A DNA stretch of 45,272 nt from an uncultured Bifidobacterium sp. (GCA_964466765.1 CAYXRQ010000001.1:1-45272), one strand, 5' to 3'. Shown: positions 10,317 through 19,929, numbered from the stretch's first letter. Translations and numbers: made by a program. Notes: generated by a model from the sequence alone, not told the origin.

Positions 10317-12146
10317 ATGAAGAACCCCCTCCGCAACGTCGCCCTTGTCGCGCATGTCGACCACGGCAAGACCACACTCGTCGACGCCCTCCTCAAGTCG
10401 ACCGGAACTTTCGCGTCCCACCAGACCATCGTGGACCGCGTCATGGACTCCGACGACCAGGAACGGGAGCGGGGCATCACGATTCTCGCCAAGGCCGCCC
10501 GCGTGCAATGGAAGGACGTCCTCGTCAACCTGGTCGACACCCCGGGCCACGCCGACTTCGGCGGCGAGGTGGAGAGGGCTCTCGCCCTCGTCGACGGGAT
10601 CGTGCTGCTCGTTGATGCGGCGGAGGGCCCGCTCCCTCAGACGCGGTACGGGCTGTCCAAGGCCCTCGGGCGCGGCCTGCCGACCGTCCTCGTCATCAAC
10701 AAGGTCGACCGCCAGGACGCCCGGCCGGACGAAGTGCTGGAGGAAGTGGAGCAGCTCTTCCTCGACCTCGCAATGAGCGACGACCAGCTCTCCTTCCCCG
10801 TGATCTCCGCAGTCGCCCGCGAGGGGCGCGCGATGAAGGGCGTCGGCATGCCGGCGCCTGACGCGGACCTGTCAGCACTCCTGGACACCATCCTGGAGAC
10901 CATCCCGGCGCCGTCGATGGACGAGTCTGCACCGCTCACCGCCCTCGTGACGAACCTGGACGCTTCCGACTACGTGGGCCGTCTGGCCATCGGGCGCGTG
11001 CACAGCGGCGTCATGCACAAGGGGGACAGCGTCGCACTGTGGGGCAAGGACACAGACGGCAACCCGCTCCGCCGCCGCATCGCGCAACTGAGCGTCTTCG
11101 ACGGCATCGGCCGGACGGAGGTGGACGAGGTGCGCGCCGGCGACCTGTTCGTCCTGGCAGGCATCCCCGAGGTCGAGGTGGGGGACACAATCGCGGCGCC
11201 CGAGGTCACCGCGGCGCTGCCGCGACTCGAGGTCGACGAGCCGGTCATCCGCATGAGCTTCGGCGTCAACAATTCGCCGTACGCAGGCCGCGAGGGCAAG
11301 TACGTCACCAGCCGGCACATCCGCGAGCGCCTCAACAAGGAGATACTCGGGAACGTGTCGATCAAGATCGCCGACACCGACTCTGCCGACGTCATGAGCG
11401 TGGCCGGCCGGGGCGAGCTGCAGCTGGCCGTCCTCATCGAGAACATGAGGCGCGAGGGCTTCGAGCTGCAGGTGAGCAGGCCCGAGGTCATCACCCGCGA
11501 GATCAACGGCAAGAAGCACGAGCCCCTCGAGTCCGGCAGCTGTGACGTGCCGGACGAGCACGTCGGCACCGTCACCCAGGCGCTCGCCCCCAGGAAGGGC
11601 CGGGTCCTCGACCTTCGGCCGGGGGACCCCGGGCGCACCATCGTCTCCTTCGAGGCTCCCTCACGTGGCCTCATCGGTTTCCGGTCGATGCTCATGACTG
11701 CGACGCGCGGGACCGCCCTGCTCCACCAGCACCACGCCGGGTGGACTCCTTGGGCCGGCGAGCTCCCGCACCGCACGGGCGGGGCAATGATCGCGGACCG
11801 CATCGGCACCACTACCGCATATGCGCTCGACAACCTGCAGCTGCGCGGGACCCTCTTCCTCAGCCCCGGCGAGGAGGTCTACGAGGGGATGGTCATCGGC
11901 GAGGGTGCGCGCGGCGAGGAGATGGTCGTGAACGCCGTGCGTCCCAAGGAGAAGACCAACATCCGCACGCACAGCCACGATGACGGCGTCAAGCTCGCCG
12001 CTCCGGTGGTGCACACTCTCGAGACCGCCATCGAGTGGATCGGCGACGACGAGCTCGTGGAGGTCACCCCCACGAAGATCCGCATCCGCAAGCGCATGCT
12101 CGGTCTCGAGGACCGCCGCAGGGCCTTCAAGAAGCAGAACTCCTAG
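10317..12146 (+). CDS. typA: translational GTPase TypA/BipA
   Basis: GTPase motifs AHVDHGKTT, DTPGHADF and NKVD, plus EF-G-like downstream domains; 609 aa. Confidence 0.97.
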   Translation: MKNPLRNVALVAHVDHGKTTLVDALLKSTGTFASHQTIVDRVMDSDDQERERGITILAKAARVQWKDVLVNLVDTPGHADFGGEVERALALVDGIVLLVDAAEGPLPQTRYGLSKALGRGLPTVLVINKVDRQDARPDEVLEEVEQLFLDLAMSDDQLSFPVISAVAREGRAMKGVGMPAPDADLSALLDTILETIPAPSMDESAPLTALVTNLDASDYVGRLAIGRVHSGVMHKGDSVALWGKDTDGNPLRRRIAQLSVFDGIGRTEVDEVRAGDLFVLAGIPEVEVGDTIAAPEVTAALPRLEVDEPVIRMSFGVNNSPYAGREGKYVTSRHIRERLNKEILGNVSIKIADTDSADVMSVAGRGELQLAVLIENMRREGFELQVSRPEVITREINGKKHEPLESGSCDVPDEHVGTVTQALAPRKGRVLDLRPGDPGRTIVSFEAPSRGLIGFRSMLMTATRGTALLHQHHAGWTPWAGELPHRTGGAMIADRIGTTTAYALDNLQLRGTLFLSPGEEVYEGMVIGEGARGEEMVVNAVRPKEKTNIRTHSHDDGVKLAAPVVHTLETAIEWIGDDELVEVTPTKIRIRKRMLGLEDRRRAFKKQNS

Positions 12147-12931
12147 TTCTTCTTCCTGCCCCTGGCGGCCGGCTTCGGCGCCTTCGGTGCGGCCGACCGG
12201 CTGTCATGGCGGCCGCGCACGGCAGGGTGCGGCAGAGGCGTCGCCCGGGGACGGTCGAGGTATGTGGTCAGCATCCCGTAGGCCTCGGCTCCCATCAGTT
12301 CGGTCAGCTCGTTCCTGAAGTAACGGAACGCCGGCTCGCCCCCGACGAATGCATCCGTGGACTCGGTGCACCACCAGGCGAAATCGTCGCCCCCGGCGCC
12401 CCAGTCGCGTCGTTTCCACTCACGCAGGGTGGAGATGACGTGCCCGGAGTCCTCGGTGTGCTCCTCCAGGCGCAATGGCACCTGCCAGCACACGTCCGGT
12501 TTCCAGTCCATGTGCCGTTCGCCGGCCTCGACGGCCGCGATGTGGAAGGCGCACCCCGTGCCGCCCTCGAAGCCGGGTGGGTTGTGGAAGATGCATGCAC
12601 CGTCGACGACGCGGGTCTTCGGCTCGCCGTCGTCGTCCTTCTCCGTCCAGCCCTTCTTCTCCGCCGCAGCGTGATTTTTCCAGTGCCGGGGCTCGAGCCG
12701 TGCCACCGCCCGCTCGACGGATTTGCGGTCGTCCTTGTCGAGGAAGTGCGCCCCGAAACTGCAGCACCCCTGTGCCAGACCGGGCGTCGGCTCGTCGTGG
12801 ATGCCCTGGCAACCCTCGCCGTAGATGCACTTGTAGGCCGACGTGAAGAACGTGGCGTCGATCATCCACGTGCGGTGCTCGCGCGGGTCCTCGAAACTGA
12901 TCCATTCGTGGGCGAGGTCGTCGTGGGGCAT
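12143..12931 (-). CDS. conserved Cys-rich protein, function unknown
   Basis: 262 aa with clustered Cys motifs (CIYGEGCQG, GCCSFGAH, GACIFH, GCAFH) and a Lys/Arg/Pro-rich tail. GC3-rich frame. I cannot name a family with confidence. Confidence 0.72.
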   Translation of the reverse strand: MPHDDLAHEWISFEDPREHRTWMIDATFFTSAYKCIYGEGCQGIHDEPTPGLAQGCCSFGAHFLDKDDRKSVERAVARLEPRHWKNHAAAEKKGWTEKDDDGEPKTRVVDGACIFHNPPGFEGGTGCAFHIAAVEAGERHMDWKPDVCWQVPLRLEEHTEDSGHVISTLREWKRRDWGAGGDDFAWWCTESTDAFVGGEPAFRYFRNELTELMGAEAYGMLTTYLDRPRATPLPHPAVRGRHDSRSAAPKAPKPAARGRKKN

Positions 12932-12994
12932 GTGCCAACGCTAGGTGATGACGCGCTCCCGGGACACATCATCGCCACCGGCGAATGTACGGTT

Positions 12995-13201
12995 GTGCCC
13001 GTGAGCACCCCAGGCATCGACGACATCATCTCCCGGCTCGAGGCGATCAGCGAGTCCCTGGGCGAGCAATCGATGACGCTCCTGAGGGATGCGATCGAGC
13101 GCGGCGAGACCGCACGGCCCAACGACGAGAAGATCGTCTCCCAGGCACGCCGGGCACTCGACAAGGCGATTCATCTGCTGTCGGGCCTGTCGGCTCAGTA
13201 G
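12995..13201 (+). CDS. small hypothetical protein (helical)
   Basis: It fills the only gap between the divergent Cys-rich gene and the convergent LOG gene. GTG at 12995 (alternative 13001); 68 aa (VPVSTPGIDDIISRLEAISE...); GC3-rich. Confidence 0.45.
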   Translation: MPVSTPGIDDIISRLEAISESLGEQSMTLLRDAIERGETARPNDEKIVSQARRALDKAIHLLSGLSAQ

Positions 13202-14226
13202 CGGTTGACGGCCTCGATGAGCGGCAGCAGCGGGGCATACCCCTTCCCTGTGTAGTCGAGCACGAGTCTCGCCAGTCCCACGTTGTCGTCGTCCCTCTGC
13301 TCGGCCTCGGTGGGCCCGGCCGAACGGAAGACACCCCCGTGGAGGTGGGCGAATCCCCTGGACAGGCCCGCGAGGTCGCTGTCGGGGACTGCGCGGTTCA
13401 TCCTGAGCACCAGCAGGCCGTCGACATGCCTGATGGAGTGGAAGTTCGCGTAGAAACCAGCCACTATCGACGCTGCCTCCTCCACGTCGCTCGTGATGCG
13501 GTAGATGCCCGTGTCCTCGCGCGAGATCACCTCGTGCGCCAGGAGGGTCGGCATGAGTGACGCCATGATCGGCTTCCAGAAGGGCTTGTCCGGCGGGTCG
13601 AGGAACACGATCGGCGCGGGGACAGAGCGGCCCGTCTGCACGAGTGTGAGCAGCTCGAACGTCTCGTCGAGGGTGCCGAAACCCCCGGGAAGGCAGATGA
13701 ACCCGTGCGACTCCTTCATGAGCATGAGCTTGCGGGTGAAGAAGTACCTCATGGTCACGTGCTTGTCGTCGCCCTCGATCACGGAGTTGGACGATGCCTC
13801 GAACGGCAGCCGGATGGAGACCCCGATCGAGCGCTCGCGGCCGGCGCCCACCATGCCGGCCTCCATGAGCCCGGGGCCCGCGCCCGTGACGACCATGAAC
13901 CCCCTCTCTGCGACGAGACGCGCGACTTCGACCGTGAGCCCGTAGATCTGGCTGCCCGCAGAGATTCGCGCCGACCCGAAGACAGTGACCTTCCTGGTGT
14001 CCCGGTACGGGGCGAACATTGCGAACGCCTCCTGCATCTCGTCCAGTGCGGCGGCGGCGATCTTCACGTCCAGCGAGGAAGCCGAGCCGCCCACGAGCTC
14101 GGTTGCTGCCTCCACGAGCCGCAGGACCTGCCGCATGTCGGCCGGTGGGCGCGGCGAACCGTGGAGCGCCTGCGCAAGACCGGACGCGGCCGATGCCAGA
14201 TCGTCACTCAGGCCCACGGTGCGCAT
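13195..14226 (-). CDS. LOG family (TIGR00730) nucleotide 5'-monophosphate nucleosidase, extended PpnN-like form
   Basis: VFGSARI, VVTGAGPGLMEAG and PGGFGTLDE motifs, flanked by a ~75-aa N-terminal and ~90-aa C-terminal extension. ATG at 14224-14226, 25 nt downstream of the tal stop. Confidence 0.85.
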   Translation of the reverse strand: MRTVGLSDDLASAASGLAQALHGSPRPPADMRQVLRLVEAATELVGGSASSLDVKIAAAALDEMQEAFAMFAPYRDTRKVTVFGSARISAGSQIYGLTVEVARLVAERGFMVVTGAGPGLMEAGMVGAGRERSIGVSIRLPFEASSNSVIEGDDKHVTMRYFFTRKLMLMKESHGFICLPGGFGTLDETFELLTLVQTGRSVPAPIVFLDPPDKPFWKPIMASLMPTLLAHEVISREDTGIYRITSDVEEAASIVAGFYANFHSIRHVDGLLVLRMNRAVPDSDLAGLSRGFAHLHGGVFRSAGPTEAEQRDDDNVGLARLVLDYTGKGYAPLLPLIEAVNRY

Positions 14227-14251
14227 CCCCGGGCAGGACGACAGCTGTGAG

Positions 14252-15361
14252 TCACGATTTCCCGAGGGCCGCGGCCTTCGACTCCAGGGCAACGATGAGT
14301 TCGTCGAAACTGGCGATGAACGAGGCAACGCCCTCCCGTTCCAGCTGCTCCGCAACCTGCGAGGTGTCGACGCCGTGCCCTGAGAGGGCCTCCCATTGCT
14401 CACGCGCGGTGTCGATCGCTGAGTCGATCGTCCGCGCCGGGGTGCCATGGTCGTCGAATGCCTCGAGCGTGGCGTCGGGCAGGGTGTTCACGGTGTCGGG
14501 CCCGATGAGCGAGTCCACGTAGAGCGTGTCCGGGTACGCGGGGTTCTTCGTGGAGGTCGACGCCCACAGCGGGCGCTGGACCTGCGCCCCCATGGCCTCG
14601 AGCGCCTGCCACCGCGGGCCGGAGAACCTGCGCCGGAAGAGGTCATACGCGAGGCGGGCCTGGTTCACCGCCGCCGTGCCGCGCAGGGCGAGAGCCGGGG
14701 CAGTGCCTGCCGCGTCGAGCCGCCTGTCCACCTCGTTGTCGACACGGCTGATGAAGAAACTGGCCACGCTCGCGATGCCGGCCACGGGTTGCCCGGCCGC
14801 GGCCCGGTCCTCGAGGCCCCCGATGTACGCGTCGATGACCGCGTCGTACCGCTCGAGACTGAAGATGAGGGTGACATTGACGTTGCGCCCCTCCGAGACC
14901 ATCCGGCGGATCGCAACGAGTCCCTCCTGCGTCGCTGGGATCTTGATCATCACGTTCGGGCGGCTGATCCGCTCGTGCAGTGCCCTGGCCGCCGCGAGCG
15001 TGGCCTCACCGTCATGGGCGAGTGACGGGTCGACCTCGACGCTCACGAAGCCGTCAGTGCCGCCGGACTCTGCGTGGAGCGGGGCGAAGCAGTCGAGTGC
15101 GGAGTGGATGTCGGAGATCACGAGTTCCCAGTAGGCCTCCGACGGCGAGAGACCCCTCCCGATCTCGGCGGCGAACTGCGCGTCGTAGTCGGTGCTGCCC
15201 TGGATGGCCTTCTGGAAAATCGTCGGGTTGGAGGTGAGACCGCGCACCCCGCGGGCGATCATCCCCTCCAGTCGACCAGATGCGAAGAAAGACCGCTGGA
15301 GGTTGTCGAGCCACGGACTCTGGCCGTGGACGGCAGAGAGGTTGCGGAGGCGACCGCTCAC
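14252..15361 (-). CDS. tal: transaldolase (actinobacterial long type)
   Basis: SPWLDNL, LTSNPTIF and the IKIPAT Schiff-base Lys motif; 369 aa. The GTG start overlaps the tkt TGA (GTGA). Confidence 0.93.
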   Translation of the reverse strand: MSGRLRNLSAVHGQSPWLDNLQRSFFASGRLEGMIARGVRGLTSNPTIFQKAIQGSTDYDAQFAAEIGRGLSPSEAYWELVISDIHSALDCFAPLHAESGGTDGFVSVEVDPSLAHDGEATLAAARALHERISRPNVMIKIPATQEGLVAIRRMVSEGRNVNVTLIFSLERYDAVIDAYIGGLEDRAAAGQPVAGIASVASFFISRVDNEVDRRLDAAGTAPALALRGTAAVNQARLAYDLFRRRFSGPRWQALEAMGAQVQRPLWASTSTKNPAYPDTLYVDSLIGPDTVNTLPDATLEAFDDHGTPARTIDSAIDTAREQWEALSGHGVDTSQVAEQLEREGVASFIASFDELIVALESKAAALGKS

Positions 15362-17319
15362 CGCACTACGCCCCGAACCAGGCCCCGCACCGCTGCGATG
15401 ACCGCGTCCTTGTTCACGCCGAGCTTGTCCATGACCACGGCGCCAGGGGCACTCGCGCCGAACCTGTCTATGCCGACGGACGCATCTGCCCACCTGGACC
15501 AGCCGAAGGTCGAACCGGCCTCCACGCTCAAGACGGGCACTCCGGCAGGAAGTACCCGTCCGCGCCACTGCGCATCCTGTTCCTCGAAGACCTCCCAGGA
15601 GGGCATCGACACCACGTTCACGTTCGTTCCCGATGCGGCGAGATCGCGAGCCGCATCGAGTGCCAGACCGACCTCGCTGCCGGTCGCGACGATGACGGCC
15701 GCGGGTGAGGGAACGGAGATGACAGCCTTGGCCCCGCGTGCAACCGCACTGCCGTCCGTCGACGCCGTGACCGTCTGGCGCGAGAGGATCAGAGCGGTCG
15801 GACCGTCATGTGCGACAGCCTGCCTCCATGCCTCGGCCGTCTCGTTCGGGTCGGCGGGACGCACGACGCGCAGCCCCGGTATCGCGCGGAGCGAGGCCAG
15901 GTGCTCCACCGGCTGGTGGGTGGGACCGTCCTCGCCGACACCGACGGAGTCGTGACTGAAGACGAAGACGCACCGTGCACCCGACAGCGCGGCCAGCCTG
16001 ATGCTCGGGCGCATGTAGTCGGCGAACACGAAGAAAGTGCCCCCGACGGGGATCACGCCGCCGTGCAGGGCCATGCCCACGAGAGCAGCCCCCATGGCAT
16101 GCTCGCGGATGCCGAAGTACACCTGGCGGCCGCCCGGGCTCGCCGCGGTGAAGGGGTTCTTCCCGTCCAGCTTCGCGCCCGTGTTGCCCGTGAGGTCCGC
16201 CGCGCCGCTGACCACGGCAGGGAGGCTGTCGCGGCATGCCTCGAGCACCTTCTGGAAGGCCTGCCGCGTCGCGAGTCCGGCATCCTCGCCGAACACGGGG
16301 AGCGATGCATCCCATCCGGCCGGTGCCGGCGAGGTGACCGATTGCGTCACGACCTGTGCCTTGGTGCCGGCCGCGGCGCGCCACGAGGCTTGTGCGTCCG
16401 CTCCGCGCGACGCGCAGTGGGCACGGTAGGCACTCACGAGGCGGTCGGGGGCCCAGAAGGGCTCGTCAGGGATGCCCATCGCCGCCTTGGTGGCCGTGAC
16501 GTGCGCCGCGGTGAACGGGTTCCCGTGGGCCTCGTGACTGTCCGTGAGGTCAGGAGACGGGGCGCCGATGTGCGTGCGCAGCACGACGAGTGTCGGCTTG
16601 CCCCTGTGCGCCCTTGCCTGGAGAAGGACCCTCTCAATCGCGTCGAGGTCGTCACCGGGGTCGCCTGCATCGACCACGTTCCAGCCGTACGACCGGAAGC
16701 GCATCTGGACGTCGTCCGAGCAGGCGAGGTCCACGGCGCCGTCGATGGTGATCTTGTTGTCGTCGAACACGCACACCAGGCGGTCCAGCCCGAGGTGACC
16801 CGCGAGGGAAGCGGCCTCGTGGCTGATGCCCTCCATCATGCACCCGTCACCCGCGATGACCCATGTGTGGTGGGACACCGCCTCCTCGCCGTGCACCGCC
16901 CGCAGGTGCGCCTCGGCGATGGCCATTCCGACTGCGTTCGCGAAGCCCTGGCCGAGTGGCCCGGTCGTGACCTCGACGCCCGCCGTGTGGCCGACCTCGG
17001 GATGACCCGGCGTGGCGGACGCCCACTGCCTGAAGCTCTTGATGTCGTCGAGTTCCAGACCCATCCCGGCGAGGAACAGCATCGCGTACTGGAGGATCGA
17101 CGCGTGGCCCCCGGAGAGGATGAACCTGTCGCGGTCGGGCCATGCCGGGTCGGCCGGGTCGAAACGCATCACGCGCGAGTAGAGAACGTGCGCGAGAGGG
17201 GCGAGAGCCATCGCCGTCCCCTGGTGGCCGCTCTTCGCCGCGAGCGGAGCATCCATGGCGAACCCCCTTATGAGCGAGAGTGCCTGTGCGTCCTGTTCAT
17301 CGGTGAGTCGAGTTGCCAC
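15358..17319 (-). CDS. tkt: transketolase
   Basis: SGHQGTAMA, GDGCMMEG and SHDSVGVGEDGPTHQP motifs. I chose the GTG at 17317-17319 to retain the N-terminal helix; it overlaps the nagA-like 3' end by 23 nt. The only alternative is the ATG at 17256. Confidence 0.92.
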   Translation of the reverse strand: MATRLTDEQDAQALSLIRGFAMDAPLAAKSGHQGTAMALAPLAHVLYSRVMRFDPADPAWPDRDRFILSGGHASILQYAMLFLAGMGLELDDIKSFRQWASATPGHPEVGHTAGVEVTTGPLGQGFANAVGMAIAEAHLRAVHGEEAVSHHTWVIAGDGCMMEGISHEAASLAGHLGLDRLVCVFDDNKITIDGAVDLACSDDVQMRFRSYGWNVVDAGDPGDDLDAIERVLLQARAHRGKPTLVVLRTHIGAPSPDLTDSHEAHGNPFTAAHVTATKAAMGIPDEPFWAPDRLVSAYRAHCASRGADAQASWRAAAGTKAQVVTQSVTSPAPAGWDASLPVFGEDAGLATRQAFQKVLEACRDSLPAVVSGAADLTGNTGAKLDGKNPFTAASPGGRQVYFGIREHAMGAALVGMALHGGVIPVGGTFFVFADYMRPSIRLAALSGARCVFVFSHDSVGVGEDGPTHQPVEHLASLRAIPGLRVVRPADPNETAEAWRQAVAHDGPTALILSRQTVTASTDGSAVARGAKAVISVPSPAAVIVATGSEVGLALDAARDLAASGTNVNVVSMPSWEVFEEQDAQWRGRVLPAGVPVLSVEAGSTFGWSRWADASVGIDRFGASAPGAVVMDKLGVNKDAVIAAVRGLVRGVVR

Positions 17320-18418
17320 GTGAAGACTGTAATCCGCGCCACACCTCGGACACGCCCAGATCCGGCGTGAGTGACACCGCAGAGAACCTCTGTCCTGTCC
17401 TGATGCACCCGATGTCGTCCCGGCCGACCAGGCGGGCCGGTGTGCTCGTCGCCGCACGGAGGGCTGTGGATATGTCCACACCGCATCGACGCACGACGTT
17501 GCGCACGCAACCGAGGAGCGATGTGCTGCTGCCTGCCAGGGTCCCGTCGGGCAGCCTTGGCGCGCCGTCGGTCACCTTCACTCCGCGTGCGGATGCCCAC
17601 CTGCCGTTCCATGCGACAGAGTCAGACACGAGCACGACACCGTTCGGCTTGGCCAGGAACGCGAGTTGCACCGCGGCGGGGGACACATGGGCCATGTCGG
17701 CGATCAAGCCCATTCTGACGCGCGGGTCAGTAAGTGCCGATAGCGCGAGTCCGTCCTCCCGGTGGTGCACCCCCGACATCGCGTTGAACAGGTGCGTCAC
17801 CATCCTGGCGCCGGCCTCCACTGCGGCGTCGAACTGCAGGGAATCCGGCCGTGAATGCCCGATCGACACGACGACACCCGACTGCACCAACTTGCGCGCC
17901 GCCCGGGCGAAACCGTCGAGCTCTGCGCCCATCGTGACCATGCTCACCGAACGCGGCAGGGATGCGATCCAGTCCTGGGAGATGGGCACCACGTGCTCGC
18001 GCGGGTGGGCGCCGGTTGCACTGCCCAGGAACGGGCCCTCGACATGGATGCCCACAGCACCGGAGGTGCCACGGCTCACGATGACGTCGAGCTGTGCGAG
18101 TCTCTCTGCGAGACGCCCCAACTCGTCCGTGATGACCGTCCCGAGCCAGTGCGTCGTGCCTTCGCGGGCGAGGAGACCTCCGAGCGTCTCCATGGATTCC
18201 GCGTCCGCCCCTGCCACCTCCACGGCGTCCCACCCGTTCATCTGCACGTCGACCAGCCCGGGAACGAGCAGATGGTGCGAGACCCCACCCGGCTTGCAGG
18301 GCTCTGTGCCGGTGACGATCCCGTTCTCGATGTCCACGGCAGTCGGGCCGTGCATCGTGTCGCCGTCGAAGAACCTCGAGGCAGTGATTCTCATTGTCCC
18401 AGTCGGGGGAGACGTCAT
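17297..18418 (-). CDS. nagA: N-acetylglucosamine-6-phosphate deacetylase-like amidohydrolase
   Basis: PGLVDVQMNG (E. coli NagA-type QxN box), IHVEGPF, SIGHS and THLFNAMS motifs; 373 aa. Alternative ATG at 18394. Confidence 0.78.
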   Translation of the reverse strand: MTSPPTGTMRITASRFFDGDTMHGPTAVDIENGIVTGTEPCKPGGVSHHLLVPGLVDVQMNGWDAVEVAGADAESMETLGGLLAREGTTHWLGTVITDELGRLAERLAQLDVIVSRGTSGAVGIHVEGPFLGSATGAHPREHVVPISQDWIASLPRSVSMVTMGAELDGFARAARKLVQSGVVVSIGHSRPDSLQFDAAVEAGARMVTHLFNAMSGVHHREDGLALSALTDPRVRMGLIADMAHVSPAAVQLAFLAKPNGVVLVSDSVAWNGRWASARGVKVTDGAPRLPDGTLAGSSTSLLGCVRNVVRRCGVDISTALRAATSTPARLVGRDDIGCIRTGQRFSAVSLTPDLGVSEVWRGLQSSRGNSTHR

Positions 18419-18438
18419 CCCGAGAAGGTAGCCGTCTC

Positions 18439-19209
18439 TCAGGACGTGCCGGTGCGTGCCCCGTGGGACAGACGGACATCAGAGAAGCGGAGCCGCGCGA
18501 GACGCAGGGTGGCGAGCGTCTTGATGACCCACCAACCCGGGTCGATCTCGCTGCGCCGGTGGGAGAGACGTGGCGAGGACGGCGCCGCGTGATGGTTGTT
18601 GTGCAGACCCTCACCCATCGTGAAGAAGGCGAGCCACTGGAGGTTGGTCGCCCCGTTCGAGTACGGGCGCCGCCCGAAGTGGTGGCCCATCGCGTTCACG
18701 GCGGCGTTCCCGGCCAGGTACGCGTTCGCGTGGATGAACGCGGCGAGCAGGCCGGTCCACGGACCGAGCAGGACCATCAGGGTGCCGATGCCGATCAGCA
18801 GGCCGGTGTTCTTGTGGTTGAAAAAGATCCTGTCGAGGCGGTCGTCAGGCAGGTCCCTCGCGTACTTCTCGAGGATCGCAGGGTCGCGCAGGGCCTCGCG
18901 GTACAGCGCGACGTTCTTCATCTGGACAGTGCGCCAGCCCAGGATGACCGGGGAGTGGGGGTCTCCGGTTTCGTCCGTGTAGGCGTGGTGCTTGCGGTGC
19001 ACCGCGACCCACTGTCGCGGCTTGATCCCGGTCGTCAGCCAGATGACCGCACGGAACACGGTCTCGGCCACCGGCCCGAGGGTGAGGGCCCTGTGGCTCA
19101 GCGCCCGATGCAGGTACACGGTCGTTGCCGTGTTGGCGAGCGTGGTCACCACGGCAGCGGCGAACAGGGAGAGGAGCAGGACGCGGATTGCTTCTGGCAC
19201 GACGGTCAC
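18439..19209 (-). CDS. membrane acyl-CoA (delta-9 type) fatty acid desaturase
   Basis: Three His boxes (HRALSH, HRKHHAYTD, HNNHHAAP) and hydrophobic spans. GTG start at 19207-19209. Confidence 0.9.
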   Translation of the reverse strand: MTVVPEAIRVLLLSLFAAAVVTTLANTATTVYLHRALSHRALTLGPVAETVFRAVIWLTTGIKPRQWVAVHRKHHAYTDETGDPHSPVILGWRTVQMKNVALYREALRDPAILEKYARDLPDDRLDRIFFNHKNTGLLIGIGTLMVLLGPWTGLLAAFIHANAYLAGNAAVNAMGHHFGRRPYSNGATNLQWLAFFTMGEGLHNNHHAAPSSPRLSHRRSEIDPGWWVIKTLATLRLARLRFSDVRLSHGARTGTS

Positions 19210-19218
19210 TGTAGAGCA

Positions 19219-19236
19219 CTACCTACTGGTAGGTAG
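19219..19236. promoter_or_regulatory. perfect 18-bp palindrome CTACCTACTGGTAGGTAG; candidate TetR operator in the divergent desaturase/tetR promoter region
   Basis: Read directly: 8-bp arms with a 2-bp centre, 9 nt from the desaturase GTG and 26 nt from the tetR GTG. TATTTT (TAnnnT) lies at 19250-19255. Confidence 0.5.
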
Positions 19237-19262
19237 ACGAATTCGGCGGTATTTTTGCAAAT

Positions 19263-19877
19263 GTGACAGACCCAGGGGACCGACCCGCGCGCTCCACCCG
19301 GGACCTCATCATCGACGAGGCCATCGCGTGCTTCGCAGAGCGTGGCTACGACGGGACGTCGCTGAACGACATCGCGGCGGGGGTCGGCATCCGCAGGCCG
19401 AGCCTGCTGCACCATTTCCCGTCGAAGGAGACGCTCTACGGGAGTGTCTTCGAGCAGATCCTGTCCGACTGGCTCGAGCGTGTCGGCCAGGCGGTCGAGA
19501 TGGACGGCACCGGGTGGGAGAAGGTCGAGTTGGTCCTGCGCGCTGGCTTCGCGTTGTTCGAGGACAACCCGGACTACGTGCGAATGATGCGCCGCGAGGC
19601 ACTGGACGGCGGGGTGAGGCTGGGCATCGACCTTGCCTCCGTCCTGAAGCCCCTCTTCGCCGCCGCGGCCGAGTACCTGGACCGGATGATGGACGAGGGT
19701 GTCCTCAAGCGGCACGACTCGCGGCACCTTCTCATCACCGGGTACGGCGCGATCCTCACGTACTTCTCCGACGCACCCTTCATCACCGACCTCCTCGAAC
19801 ACGAGGCGCTGACGGCGGCGAACATCTCCGAGCACAGGGAGGCCGTCATCGGGCTCTTCCGGTCGGCGCTCGTGTGA
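19263..19877 (+). CDS. TetR/AcrR family transcriptional regulator
   Basis: N-terminal HTH region GYDGTSLNDIAAGVGIRRPSLLHHFPSKETLY; 204 aa. Confidence 0.92.
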   Translation: MTDPGDRPARSTRDLIIDEAIACFAERGYDGTSLNDIAAGVGIRRPSLLHHFPSKETLYGSVFEQILSDWLERVGQAVEMDGTGWEKVELVLRAGFALFEDNPDYVRMMRREALDGGVRLGIDLASVLKPLFAAAAEYLDRMMDEGVLKRHDSRHLLITGYGAILTYFSDAPFITDLLEHEALTAANISEHREAVIGLFRSALV

Positions 19878-19929
19878 GGCGCGCGGCTGGCCCGCGGCCT
19901 AGCCCCTCTTCGCGTCCCGGCGGGCGACG

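Noticed and set aside
15808-17370. 520-aa plus-strand ORF opposite tkt
   Set aside because: Transketolase motifs are unambiguous on the minus strand, so this is a shadow ORF.
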